Source: Phaeosaccion multiseriatum (Eukaryota; Protista; Ochrophyta, other classes). Taken from it: a stretch of DNA of 64,000 nt. Location: contig OZ218963.1 of the NCBI GenBank assembly GCA_965112735.1, forward strand, positions 2,108,001-2,172,000, written 5' to 3'. The position numbers and the translations under genes are program-made. Below the pieces are notes generated by a model. It was not told where the DNA came from. It was given only the letters and a program-made list of their open reading frames with translations, and searched no databases. Shown here in pieces: positions 23,637 to 46,259 of this stretch; position 1 is the first letter of the stretch; each line of letters opens with the position of its first letter.

Positions 23637-25969
23637 TCAGCCTGCAAAGTCGTGCGGGGGCGGCGAGGCCAAACCCATTTGGTAGTACGGTTCGAGCTCG
23701 CTTTTCAGCGCGTGCTTGGGGCTGCAAATTCTCTGGGCAGCCGCAGCCCCCCCTGGGCTGAGGAAGCGCTGCTCAAATGACGGCAGGGGTGGTACCTCCC
23801 CTCCGGTGTACTGTCCATTTCCATCTACTGCCATCCCCGCTGGGACCATCCGGCGGTCGATTTGATGTCCTTGGTGCAGAAGCATTTCCCCCGTTGACGT
23901 GTAGTTCTCACTGCCCTGCTGCTGCTGGTGGCGGTGGTCATCCTCGTCCACAGACAAGCCTCTACGAGGCGAGCACGACTTGGATTTGACCTTCTTCTTC
24001 TTCTTCTTCAGCGTCCTCCTCTTCTTGAAGCCGCTGCTGCTGTCCTGCTGCCCATATCCCGCCGTGGGCACGTGAGAGAACTTGAGCGCATTGTATGGGG
24101 ACAGAGAACGCGCTGCTCGGTCCTGCCCTGAGGCAGAGGATGTCGTCACAATCGATAGACTCTGATGGTCTTGAACGTCTCGAGGAATTGCCCTCAGCAT
24201 CGTGGCTGTACTCTCACGACCCCTGGGGCTTTTGCTTCTGCGCCTGGCACCAGTGCCAGCGGCGGAGCTGCCTCTACGCCGCCGAGGAGGGGAGGAGCTC
24301 CTGAGCTGTCGCGGGGCCGAGCCCGCCGCCGTCGGGTGTTGTCCTTGGAGCATCCTGCCCTCGCCGTGCTCGAGCTGCCTCGCCTCTCTCCCCCTCGGGC
24401 TCTTGCTCCTTGCACCAGCAGTAGGTCTGCGCGCAGGGCTGCCCGACCGGCCGCGTGTCCTCTGCCGCTGCTCCTGCTGCTGCTGCCTCGTGGCATCATA
24501 GTACTCTAGCGACGACTCGGGTGTGGGCACCTGTTGCTCAGGCCCTCGACCCCTCCCTGGAGACCTTGAGTCTCCGCGTGGGCTCGAAACGAGCATGGCA
24601 CGCGCAGAAGACGTCCCACTGAAGCTGTTGCTGCGAATGAGCTCTGCGGTCTGGGCAAGGTCGTTTCCGGCTTTTGCGCGCATGTTGAAGCTCTTTTTCA
24701 GCATGGGGGATCCCGTCGGGCTGTGCATACCCGAGTAAGCCCCTGGCCCGAGGGAGTGGTCTCTATCTCCCTGCTTGTCGCTTCGTAAAAAGACAATACC
24801 TGGCGTTCGGGGGGGGGGGGGGAGGGAGGGATTAGAATCTTACAATGGTGCTTCTTCCTTTTCTCAAGCAACCCTCATCCCCCCCCTACTCAGCCGCTAG
24901 GAATCGCCTTCCGAGCTTCTTCTACTTTCATCTCACGTACCGTCCTTCACCACGACGTTATTAAGGTTGCAGATTCTCTTGCTACTGCTGCCCATATTGC
25001 TGGTCACCACACCGAAAGATGAGTGACTGCGGGAGCTGCTCATCAGTAGACCGCTGCTGCTGGATAAGCCTGTTATGTGACTCCTCATGCCCACGGGCAC
25101 ATCGAGGTACTCGGGCACTATCGGCCCCTCATACGCCCCGGGTCCGGGTACGGTATCCCTCGCGTTGGAGAGCGACTGAGTGAACCACACGCCGTCCCTC
25201 ACCACCCCTCCAGCATGATCGCGCTCTCTGAGGTGGTGGAGGAGGAGGAGGAGGAGGAGGAGGAGGAGGAGGAGGAGGAGGAGGAGGAGGAGGAGGAGGA
25301 GGAGGAGGAGGAGGAGGAGGAGGAGGAGGAGGAGGAGGAGGAGGAGGAGGAGGAGGAGGAGGAGGAGGAGGAGGAGGAGGAGGAGGAGGAGGAGGAGGAG
25401 GAGGAGGAGGAGGAGGAGGAGGAGGAGGAGGAGGAGGAGGAGGAGGAGGAGGAGGAGGAGGAGGAGGAGGAGGAGGAGGAGGAGGAGGAGGAGGAGGAGG
25501 AGGAGGAGGAGGAGGAGATGGAGGAGGAGGAGGAGGAGGAGGAGGAGGAGGAGGAGGAGGAGGAGGAGGAGGAGGGGGAGGAGGAGGAGGCAGTAGAAGG
25601 AGAGGAACGGAGAAGGGTGGGAGGCGGGCGGTGAGAGAAGGGCGGCCGGCCATCGAGATCCGGTGTGGTTGATTATTATCGAGGAGGAAGGTAGTGTTTA
25701 CCCGTTTACCCGCTATGAATGCTGTCTCACCTTCCCAAACTCTTAGACCTGCTGTGCCTTGGGCTGTTGGAGTGCGGATCCATGTTCGCTCGCCGCGATT
25801 GCGAAGGATCGAACACATGATTGCACTGTCCAAACGCTTTAACACGTGGGCTCCGCGGAGAGTATGTCCCCGGCCCTACTTCCGGGGAGCTACTTGGCTT
25901 GCTGTTGACGCTGATGTCGCCGCTCACCACGGTGGGACTGAATCGTGTAGCGTCCGAAAAGAGCGCCAT
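23637..25969 (-). CDS. Sperm-tail PG-rich (STPGR/SHIPPO) repeat protein, ODF3/STPG-like; 5' end unresolved
   Basis: Three in-frame exons (~25969-25731, 25228-24941, 24799-23637), each with a PG repeat: EVGPGTYSP, VPGPGAYE, SLGPGAYSG. Long basic Ser/Arg/Pro-rich C-terminus. Confidence 0.65.
25238..25590. repeat. Very long intronic (GGA)n/(CCT)n tract, ~115 units
   Basis: Nearly pure trinucleotide run. Shorter GGA runs at ~6550-6662 and ~27247-27320; (GAA)n at ~61040-61120. Confidence 0.95.
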
Positions 25970-26491
25970 ACTCGTCCCAAACCCCTGAGCTCCTCCTTAA
26001 GGTTGCTGTTCCTTTGGGGGAGTTGATTGTCGCTGTAATGTCACATTCTTTTCTCTCCGCAAGAGAAGAACTGAACAGGCCTGTTGAGCACTTCCAAAGA
26101 TCGACGGGGAGTGTGTCCTTTATCAAAGGTGTCCCAAAGCTGTGTAAATTAGCTATCTCTCTGTGTGGAGGAGGGGGAGGAACGCCACGGTTTCGAGTTT
26201 TCGACAGAGAATTCTTCTATGTCAACAATTAACCCGAGTTCACCCCTTTCCTTTCCAACCATCCAAACCTCCCTCCCTCCTCGCATTCGCCTGGCTTCTT
26301 GTGCCAAACAAGGACGTAGACCTGCAGCATTGGCTCCTGGAAGAGAGAGCCACAGGGGATGAGAGAGCGGCCTACAACGAGCGTGGCTGGATCTCACGCC
26401 TCGCCTCCATCCTCGATCCACCGACTCGTCTCCATCCTCGATCCACCGACTCGTCTTCTACCGCAACCATACGCGCGGCGTCCCCCATCGC

Positions 26492-26536
<45 letters not shown>

Positions 26537-26940
26537 CCCGCTGTGTTTCTCCTTGGTCAAGGTCAACCTCCCGCTTCCCCTCAGCTCGGGGTGGGGGCGG
26601 GGGTGGCAGAGATGATGCCACTTTGAGCGGGCGGGAAGCCGCTCTGTCGGTTCACGTGGAAGGAAGAAATGAGAAATGATTCCCAAATCAACAGTACCAC
26701 AACTCTCCTCTGCAGAAAGCGAGGGGATTGACCGATGCATCTGTTTGCGGGTGTGGGGCTCCGCAGTCGCGTGGTTGGGTCTTCGTGCGATGCACATACC
26801 GGCTCTGGACCATGTGCCACCACGGCTGCTGCTGCTGCGCCTGCGGCTACTGCTGCTGCTGCAGCTGCTCCACCATACCTCGTGAAGAATGCCTTCCCCC
26901 ACAGACGGCGCTTCGGCGCGATGTCCCCCCATCCCCGCGC

Positions 26941-28158
26941 TCATAACTCGCCGCACTGGCTGATAACCACAGGTATCTTCGGCTTGTTGTTGCTCTTCTC
27001 GGTGGAGACTGACTCAATCTTCCTCACTGTCAGCATACTATCTGGGTCCAGGACCTTGCCGAAGACCACGTGTTTCCCGTCCAGCCACTCGCACTTTGCG
27101 GTGGTGATAAAGAACTGGCAACCGTTTGTGTTGGGGCCGCTGTTGGCGCTACTCAGCATTCCCTGGAGGCGGGGAGGGTGGGGAGGGGGGAGAAAGTGGG
27201 GCTCGAGAGTGCGGGGGTCGCTGTACGAAACCTCCAGACGACCAGAAGGAGGAGGAGGAGGAGGAGGAGGAGGAGGAGGAGGAGGAGGAGGAGGAGGAGG
27301 AGGAGGAGGAGGAGGAGGAGGTACGAGCGGCAAGGCTAGTAGATGTAATACAGGCATAAAAGGGGAAGGATGGAGGCCACGCATCTTGTGAACGTACTTA
27401 CCGGTGCGGTGTGCTTGAGGTCGAAGTTTTCATCCGCGAACTTCTCCCCATAGATGGACATGCTGCCTGTGCCATTCCCCTTCACGAAATCACCACCCTG
27501 CACCATGAAGTTCTTCATGACGCGGTGAAATTGGCAGTCCTTGTAACCTGCGGGGATGTCTTCCACTTTGTGCTAGAGGAGCAGGGGCCGGAGGTGAGGA
27601 GGCAAGTGAGGAGGAGGAGGATGGGGAGGGGTGGGGAGAAAGAGGAGCGATGCGGAGGGGAGGGGGCAGGGAACGAGGACGAGGACGAGGAGAGGGAGGT
27701 GGAGGGGAGGATGCAGTGAGGAGGCAGAACGAACAACGTAAGACGACATAAACGGGGAGGGACTGGATTCCCAGGTTTCTTCCAAGCAATTCCACTCAAT
27801 CGGATAGGGTCCAGCACGTGGGAAAGAGGGTGCCCGCCATGCAAACGTGCCTTACCTCGCCAGTGCACAGCTGGCGGAAGTTCTCTGTAGTCCGTGGAGT
27901 CTTGGTATTGAAGAGCTCGATCATGATGCGGCCAGCGTCCACGCCGCCGATGGTCACGTCAAAGAAGACAACAGAGTTGCCTCGAGCAACCGCCTGGAGG
28001 ACAGGGGAGGGGAGGAGAGGGAGAGAGAAGCGAAGGTAAGCCGGAGAGGGCGGGAAGGACAAGCTTTCTGGGGTCCTTCTGCTGCGGGTGCTGCTGTCTG
28101 GCCCCATACTCCACCCCTTCCTACGCACCTCCTGTACAGCTGGGATGGGGGAAGCCAT
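26941..28158 (-). CDS. PPIH: Cyclophilin H-like peptidyl-prolyl isomerase (U4/U6 snRNP); 4 exons
   Basis: [33 protein letters not shown]; [28 protein letters not shown]; [35 protein letters not shown]; ends SQCGEL. TNGCQFF and ENFRQ.CTGE are typical of CypH. Confidence 0.88.
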
Positions 28159-28753
28159 GCTGGAGCGCCTCTCCTTAGAAGAGGGGGTGGGAGGGCAAGA
28201 TTTGGGAAGATTTCCCCCGGGGGGCCGGGCGGGAGACAGGCGAGGGAGATCCGAGGGACGGAGGGAGGAAGGCAAACGAGCCATTGGAACAAGAACTAGC
28301 AGCAGCAGCGACATCCGGACGTTGCGTCGCTTTGGTACCTTATAGACCAGGAGGTAAGGGGTCGAAAAGGGAGGAAGAGAGGAAAAGAAGTTGGGGAGAA
28401 GGAGAAAAGAGGGAACTAGGGAGAGGAAAAGGAGATTGGTCTCGTCTTGCTACTGAAGCAAGCGTCAAGCAAGCGTCAGCAGCAGCATCGGAAGGAGAAA
28501 GGGAGGGAGGAGACGATGCCATCTCTAGGCCATCTCTACCTCCTTTCACTCCCTGCTTGGATCCTGCCATCCCGCCACATTGAGACACCTCCCCCCTCCC
28601 CTCTTGCACACATCGCTCACTCAACGTCCGCCTTTCTCCTTGTCATTCTCTCCTTCTCTCTGGGCCCAAATTTCCCAACTCTCGTGCAATGTGCAGCATT
28701 TGAGCTCCCCCAGAGTCGCTGTTGTAGCGCTGCTGCGCGAGTCCGAGTCCACC
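28159..28753. promoter_or_regulatory. Candidate bidirectional promoter between PPIH and PRP8
   Basis: Divergent ATGs 595 bp apart. Positional inference only. Confidence 0.5.
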
Positions 28754-40654
<11,901 letters not shown>

Positions 40655-40787
40655 AGGGGGGGGGTTTGCAGACGTCAAGCTCTATATGCTAGGGGAGAAG
40701 GGGGGAGTTTATAGGTTCAGTGGGCGGCGGGAGGGGAGGATACAGCACTATTTGGCACGAGAGAGCTGCGCTGGCGTCGACTTTTTT

Positions 40788-41004
40788 AACACTCGGTGTG
40801 CGAAAGAATCGCCCAAATCGCCCCCGATAATTTTTTTGGACGAAGTCCGCAAAATGGCGCTGGGAGAAGCACTATAGCTCTTCGTGTAGCTCCTTGAGAT
40901 GCCTACCGACACATGGTCTCTCCTCTTTCAACACTTCCTTCCCTAGTTTTCAGCATTATACGCTGCCTGGGCGATTTGGGCGATTCTTACGCAAATCGAA
41001 TGTT
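40788..41004. mobile_element. MITE (217 bp, 36-bp imperfect TIRs; possible degenerate TTAA target)
   Basis: 40788-40823 AACACTCGGTGTGCGAAAGAATCGCCCAAATCGCCC matches the reverse complement of 40969-41004 at 32/36 positions. Confidence 0.75.
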
Positions 41005-41241
41005 CAGAAATAGAGGACTTTTGAGGAGAGGGAAAAAAAAAAAGAAACCCTACAAACTCAATGGATCTTCTTCGTCTCTCTCTCTACTTGTCCCTGCGGC
41101 GCGACGATCCACCCCGTCTTGTCTTTCGCGCGTTGGCCCCAGGCTTCCAGGACTCAGTCTAAGTTCTCGTCTTCAAATCCAATAAACCATCTGTGACCGG
41201 GCGGGTTTGCGATCTCCCCAACAACGGGCACGTCACGGATA

Positions 41242-42190
41242 ATGACTCGGACAGTGGCCTTGCTGCTGCTGCTGTCCTCGAGGGCAGCGGCGGAAGGGAC
41301 GAGAGGGAGGCCAAACCTGGGGAGGCGACTACTGCAGTCGTCAAGGGAGGGCTCAGCCGCCGCATGGGCTCCACGCCTCCTCGCGCTCAGGGGAGGAACC
41401 GGAGACGAGCAAAGCAGCAGCGAACATGCCCTCCCCGCTGGTCCTATACCCTCTTCCCTCTCGGCAGACGTGGAGCTCATGCCCTCCGTCGACGTCACGA
41501 GCGATGGTGAGGACCGCTTCCACGATGCTGGCGCGGCAGGATCTGCTGCAGGGCCGGTCGGTTCCTCGGTGGCGCCTCCACTGTCCAGGGGAATGAAAGG
41601 CATTGATGCGGCAGGACGCAGGTCAGCCTTCTTGGTCTACCGCCGACTCGTATTGCTTTCAGCGGCGTCGGTGTTCATGTTGAGCGGCTTGGGCATCATG
41701 TTTCGCAAGATGGGTGATGCCTCCGTCGCCCCTGTTTTGCTGGGCTTTCTATTGGTTAGTTATGCATCTCTTCTCCTTTCAGTAACACTGCATGCCGACA
41801 ATAGAGGCGCTCTTAGGGCGCTGCAAACACTGGGCTTCAGCGCGTGTCTGGTAAGTGGCAAGAGGAAGGAATGGGGGAGGGGTGGAGAGGGAGGAGCCCC
41901 GATCAAGAGATTCCGGCAGAGCTCTGTGTTCAGGACTGACTATTGGAGGAGGAGGAGGAGGACGAGGAGGAGGTGTGGTTGGCCCGTTCCCTGCTCCCTC
42001 CCTCGCTAATCCCTCTCTCTCTCGCTCGTTGCTACTGTACCGTGCTTCTGTGACCGCCTGACAGGGGGAGGTTCTCATCATCACACACGTTCTCTTCCTT
42101 GACTGGCCCCGGTCGTGGGCAAACTGCCTTTTAATACTCGGCCTGGCTCCATTGGCGGCAGCATGTGCATATTTCCAACGCAAAGTGTAG
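41242..42190 (+). CDS. Hypothetical protein with signal peptide and several transmembrane segments; 2 exons
   Basis: Hydrophobic N-terminus MTRTVALLLLLSS and hydrophobic helices. Intron ~41851-42064 (GTAAGT..GACAG) continues in frame to GEVLIITHVLF...YFQRKV*. Confidence 0.6.
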
Positions 42191-42741
42191 CAATCATGGC
42201 CCCGAAATTCAGCGCAAGGGACGTTCCTGTGATGCTGTAACCTATTTCAACTGAAGCTGAACTTCTTTGGCACAAGGAGGCTGACAACAGCGGAGGCGTA
42301 TGTTCAACTCATCGTGGCCCATGCCGCCTTTATTGAAGAAGGAGTGAACACCTCCTTTCAACACGGTGGGGGCAGGGGAAGCGATGCTCCGACGTTCGAC
42401 CCCTGACTCCCCTTCACCTTGGCACGCCCTGATCACTGATTACGCGGCTGGCGCAGCCGGCCTGATTACTGATTACAGCCGGTGACCAGCCGGCCTGTTT
42501 CCTGATTATGGTCGGCACGGCCGGTCGCACAGCCGGCTAGTCTCAAATTCTCGCCCCCTTGCGTGCCCTTACTTAGCCCGGGGGGGCTGGGACCAAGTAT
42601 GGGCGACGATCGAAGGCCGCATGAGCGAAACAGTCGGAGATGAAGAAAGGGAGAGAGAAGAGAGAGAAGAAGGGCGACGGAAAGAGAAGTCTGCGGCTGG
42701 GAGACAGGGATTAAAACTTGGTACTTTTTAATTTTTATCTA

Positions 42742-43475
42742 CTGTGATTTCGCGGTTGAGTGGCACTTTTGACGCCCAATTACGCCCCATACGCCAAATG
42801 ACAATTTTTTTGACGACGTTCGACGACGTTTGACGACGCTTTAGCCCCCTATTTGACGCCCTTTGACGCACTTTGACGCCCTTTTATCTTAATTCGCCTT
42901 AATTTCGTCTAAAAAAAATCACGTAAAAAAAAATCACGGAAAACGGCGTCAAATAGGGGGCTAAAGCGTCGTCAAACGTCGTCAAACGCCGTCAAAAAAA
43001 TCGTCATTTGGCGTAAAAAAAAATTAATGGGGCGTTATCCCTAACCCCAAATTTATGGTCATAGAAATGGGACATTATTTTTTCGAAGGGCCAAAATCGA
43101 GGTTTCCGACCGTCATTTTTTTGCGTCCTTGGAGTGAGCATTAGAGCTCATTCTTGACTACACCTCCACGTGCGGATGATGCAATCACTGGTCGCGTCGT
43201 CATTTGAGGGCGATGCAAAAAACAGGCTAATGTCATATTCTCGTCGGCGCCTCACGCGACGAAGGCATCAGTGGATTGCATCATCCACACGTGGAGACGT
43301 AGTTGAGAGTGAGCTCAAACTCCAATTCTAAGGACGAAAAAAAATGACCGTCGGAAACCGCGATTCCGGCCCTTCGAAAAAATAATGTCCCATTTCTATG
43401 ACCTTAACTGTATGACATTATCGGGGTTAGGGATAAATTGGGCGTCAAAAGTGCCACTCAACCGCGAAATCACAG
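42742..43475. mobile_element. MITE family A, full copy (334 bp net, 40-bp perfect TIR, TA TSD, many TTTGACG subterminal repeats), hosting element C
   Basis: CTGTGATTTCGCGGTTGAGTGGCACTTTTGACGCCCAATT at 42742 and its reverse complement ending at 43475. TA at 42740-41 and 43476-77. Confidence 0.92.
43036..43435. mobile_element. 400-bp fold-back element C nested in MITE A; termini TATCCCTAACCCC...GGGGTTAGGGATA
   Basis: Imperfect inverted arms over ~150 bp, e.g. the GGTCATAGAAATGGGACATTA-Tn-CGAAGGGCC block vs its complement at ~43368-43403. Confidence 0.88.
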
Positions 43476-43995
43476 TAAGTCTTTTCTCAAGGGGAGAAAT
43501 CAGTAATCAGGCCGTCGGCTCCCCGCAGGGCTTCTCGGGCTCCGGGCTTCTGGGCCATAGCCCCCTCCAGGCTTCGGGCTTCTGGCCGCAGGCCAACGCG
43601 GGCTTCTGCGCCGCAGGCCAGCGGTCTGGGCTTAGGGCTCAGGCTGCTTATCGGGGGGCCAAAGCCGGTTTATGTGGCCGCACTTGGGCCCGGACCCAAG
43701 TGTAGTAACAGTAGTCCACCGGGGAGCCTCTCTTCCTTGGGGCAAGTGCACAGCAAGAAGACAAAAGGGCCATCTTTCCAGGTATTGCCGCTACTCACGA
43801 GGACAGATTGAACTCGCTACTGTAATTTACTTCATTACTTCCACCCCTTTCTTCCCCCCCCCCTCCCGTCTCCCGCTACTCTTCCACCGGCCGCTCACCA
43901 TCTCCCACTGATGTCCCACTCTTGTTGTGCGTCCGTCTCCTTCTTTCTCCCCCCCCCCCCACGCGTTTCTCTGACCAACAACAAGATCCAAAAAC

Positions 43996-45874
43996 ATGGC
44001 CGTGGAAGCCAGCGGTGGTGTGGGGATCGCCGAGGTGTCGGACGCGGAGGTCTGGCAGTTTGCCATGAGCCGAAGTATGGAGGAATGGGAGAAGAAGAGG
44101 GTGAAGGTCCGTTTGTCTGGCGTGTCTGGCTTGCTGCTGCTGCTGCTGATGATGATGATGATGGACAGGGGGTATTCACCCCCTCCCCCCCCCCCCTCCT
44201 TTCATCAGGACAAAATAGTTGTCGAACTCGCGCGGCAACTCGAGACGGATGGGGGGGGGGTGGACGACGTGTTGGTGCAGTACATCCTCGTGATTTTGGA
44301 AAATCAACGGCCCACAAGTGAGATGGCACGCTCCTTGGTGGAGTTAATCGGAGAAGAGCAGGCGGAGACCTTCGCTAGAATTATCGGCAGGGAGGTGAGT
44401 CTCTCTCTATCTCTGTGTGTGTGTGGCCGTGCGTGCTTGCGCGTAGCCGCGCCGATATTGCCCAGGTCTTTCCACCTGCTCAAGCTTTTTCCCTTCGCCC
44501 TCCCCCCCCCCCAGCTGTACGAACTGGAGCACAGGCTTATCGTTCCTTCCTCAGAGGATCCACGACCATCCACAACAGCGACAACCACAGCCGAGACCTC
44601 TGCTGTGAATGGAGAGAAGGATGAGAAGGAGCAGCAGGGTGTCGACCATGACGGAGCGGCGACCCAAGCTGCTGCTGCTGCTGTGGACCCACCTGTTGCA
44701 ATGTCTAGCCTCCGTCGACCTTCAAAGGTCTGTTCCACCAGCCTTAGTTTGGTGCGAGTACTCATTCTATGCGACGGGAAATTCGGTGTCTGTCATTTAC
44801 TTCCCCGGCCTTCACGCTCACTCCCCAATCGGGTTACGTCTACGCCTCTGTGTGTTTGCTGCTTATTGGTACTTTCCCCGGCCGGCCGGCCGAGCACAGG
44901 TGGCGGTGGCAGGCAATGGACACCAGCAGCGTCAGCGGCAGTCTCCCCACGACTGGCCAAGAGATTCCAACGAAGGTAGTGGGAGAGGCGGAACAGGCAC
45001 AAGGCGGGACCAAGGCAGAGGAGGGGAGGGGCTTCGCTCGGAGCGAAGGAGCAGCGGCCGGAACACCCGCTCATGCAGCACTGCGGAAGGAGGAGGGGGC
45101 GGGATTAAGAGGGCAACAACGGCAGGGGAGGATCTACCCGACCTCAGAGACGCTCTCACGTCGAGGAGGACGCGGCAGAGGGTATCTGGTGGTGAGGGTG
45201 TGTCCAGACTCGCACCCGCCTCCCAGCAAGGCAGGCTCTTGTCAAGTGCTGTGCGTCAGAGCGTGAGATCCATGGAAGGCACCACCCGTGCAGCCAAGGG
45301 GGGCAAGCGACGGCGGGTGGTTCATGGAGGTGGGGGTGGCAGTGGTGGTGGTGTCCCTTCTACTCCACAGCTGTTCGACCAACACGGCCAGCCAGTCGAC
45401 CTCAGCGCGCTCCTCCTTGCCCAGCAGAGACTGCAACAGCAGCAGCAAGAACAGCAGGTGCAGCAGCATCAGAGGCAGCAACAGCAGCAGCAAGAGTTAG
45501 TTCAGGAGGAGTATCCACATACGCAGTACCAGGCACCCAAACCCAGTTTCTACAGAGGCCGGGGGGGCGGATCTTACGTGAGGGGGGGCGGGCGAGGAGC
45601 GTCGTCGTCGTCTTTGTCATCATCCAGGGGAAGAGGAGACGCCTCTGCTGGGTTCAGCGCGAGAGGTGGGAGAGGGGGGGGGGGGAGAGCAGTGGGCTAC
45701 GCTTCTTTGGGGGGCAGAGGGCGAGGAGGGAGGGGCGGAGGAGCCACGGGTCCACCACCCCCCGGGGTGCAGCTGCAGCTCAATCCGGCCACTCGGACAC
45801 TGACGCACAACAAGGTGTACGTGCGGGATGTCAAACCCGAAGATTTAGACTTCGCCCTCGGCTCGAAGCGCTGA
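43996..45874 (+). CDS. PWI-like (Nab2/ZC3H14- or RBM26-type N-terminal) domain protein with Q-rich and RGG C-terminus
   Basis: Exon ~44209-44395 encodes DDVLVQYILVILENQRPTSEMARSLVELIGEEQAETF. The last exon has RGRGG repeats and ends HNKVYVR...GSKR*. Confidence 0.65.
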
Positions 45875-46259
45875 GGCTCTGGAGTGTCATTACGGTACTT
45901 TGGGGGGCCCACAGGGTAGGACAGGGCGTTGGACAGAAGCATCTTCGTTTCAGTCAGAGAGAGAGAGAGAGTGTGTGTGTGTGTGTTGGCGGACGTTCTG
46001 GCCAAGAAGCAATGCAGCACTGCAGCACTCACTCATACGAATCTTTCATATAAAATTGTGTTCCTAAATGTATTTCATCAGCGGCTGCTGATACACCCAA
46101 GTGTTATGTATCAGCTGCTGATGCCTATCGGTCCGGCCAAAATATACATAAGGGGAAAGCACAGCAGCTAGGTATAGCTCTCGAGGGGATGGGTGGCAAA
46201 ACTGGGCCCGCTACAGTACAAATGTACATGGACAAAAAAAAAACTCAACCAGCCATCTT

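Noticed and set aside
25077-25845. Poly-Glu and poly-Pro ORFs (also poly-Q/T/V at 5232-5899 and poly-E/R at 6481-6749)
   Set aside because: They are translations of intronic microsatellites.
42385-42410. tRNA or SINE suggested by GTTCGACCCC (also at 51238)
   Set aside because: No cloverleaf or convincing A box; the motif is explained by the D-family terminus.
43039-43432. Interstitial telomere
   Set aside because: Only one hexamer per end, embedded in TIRs.
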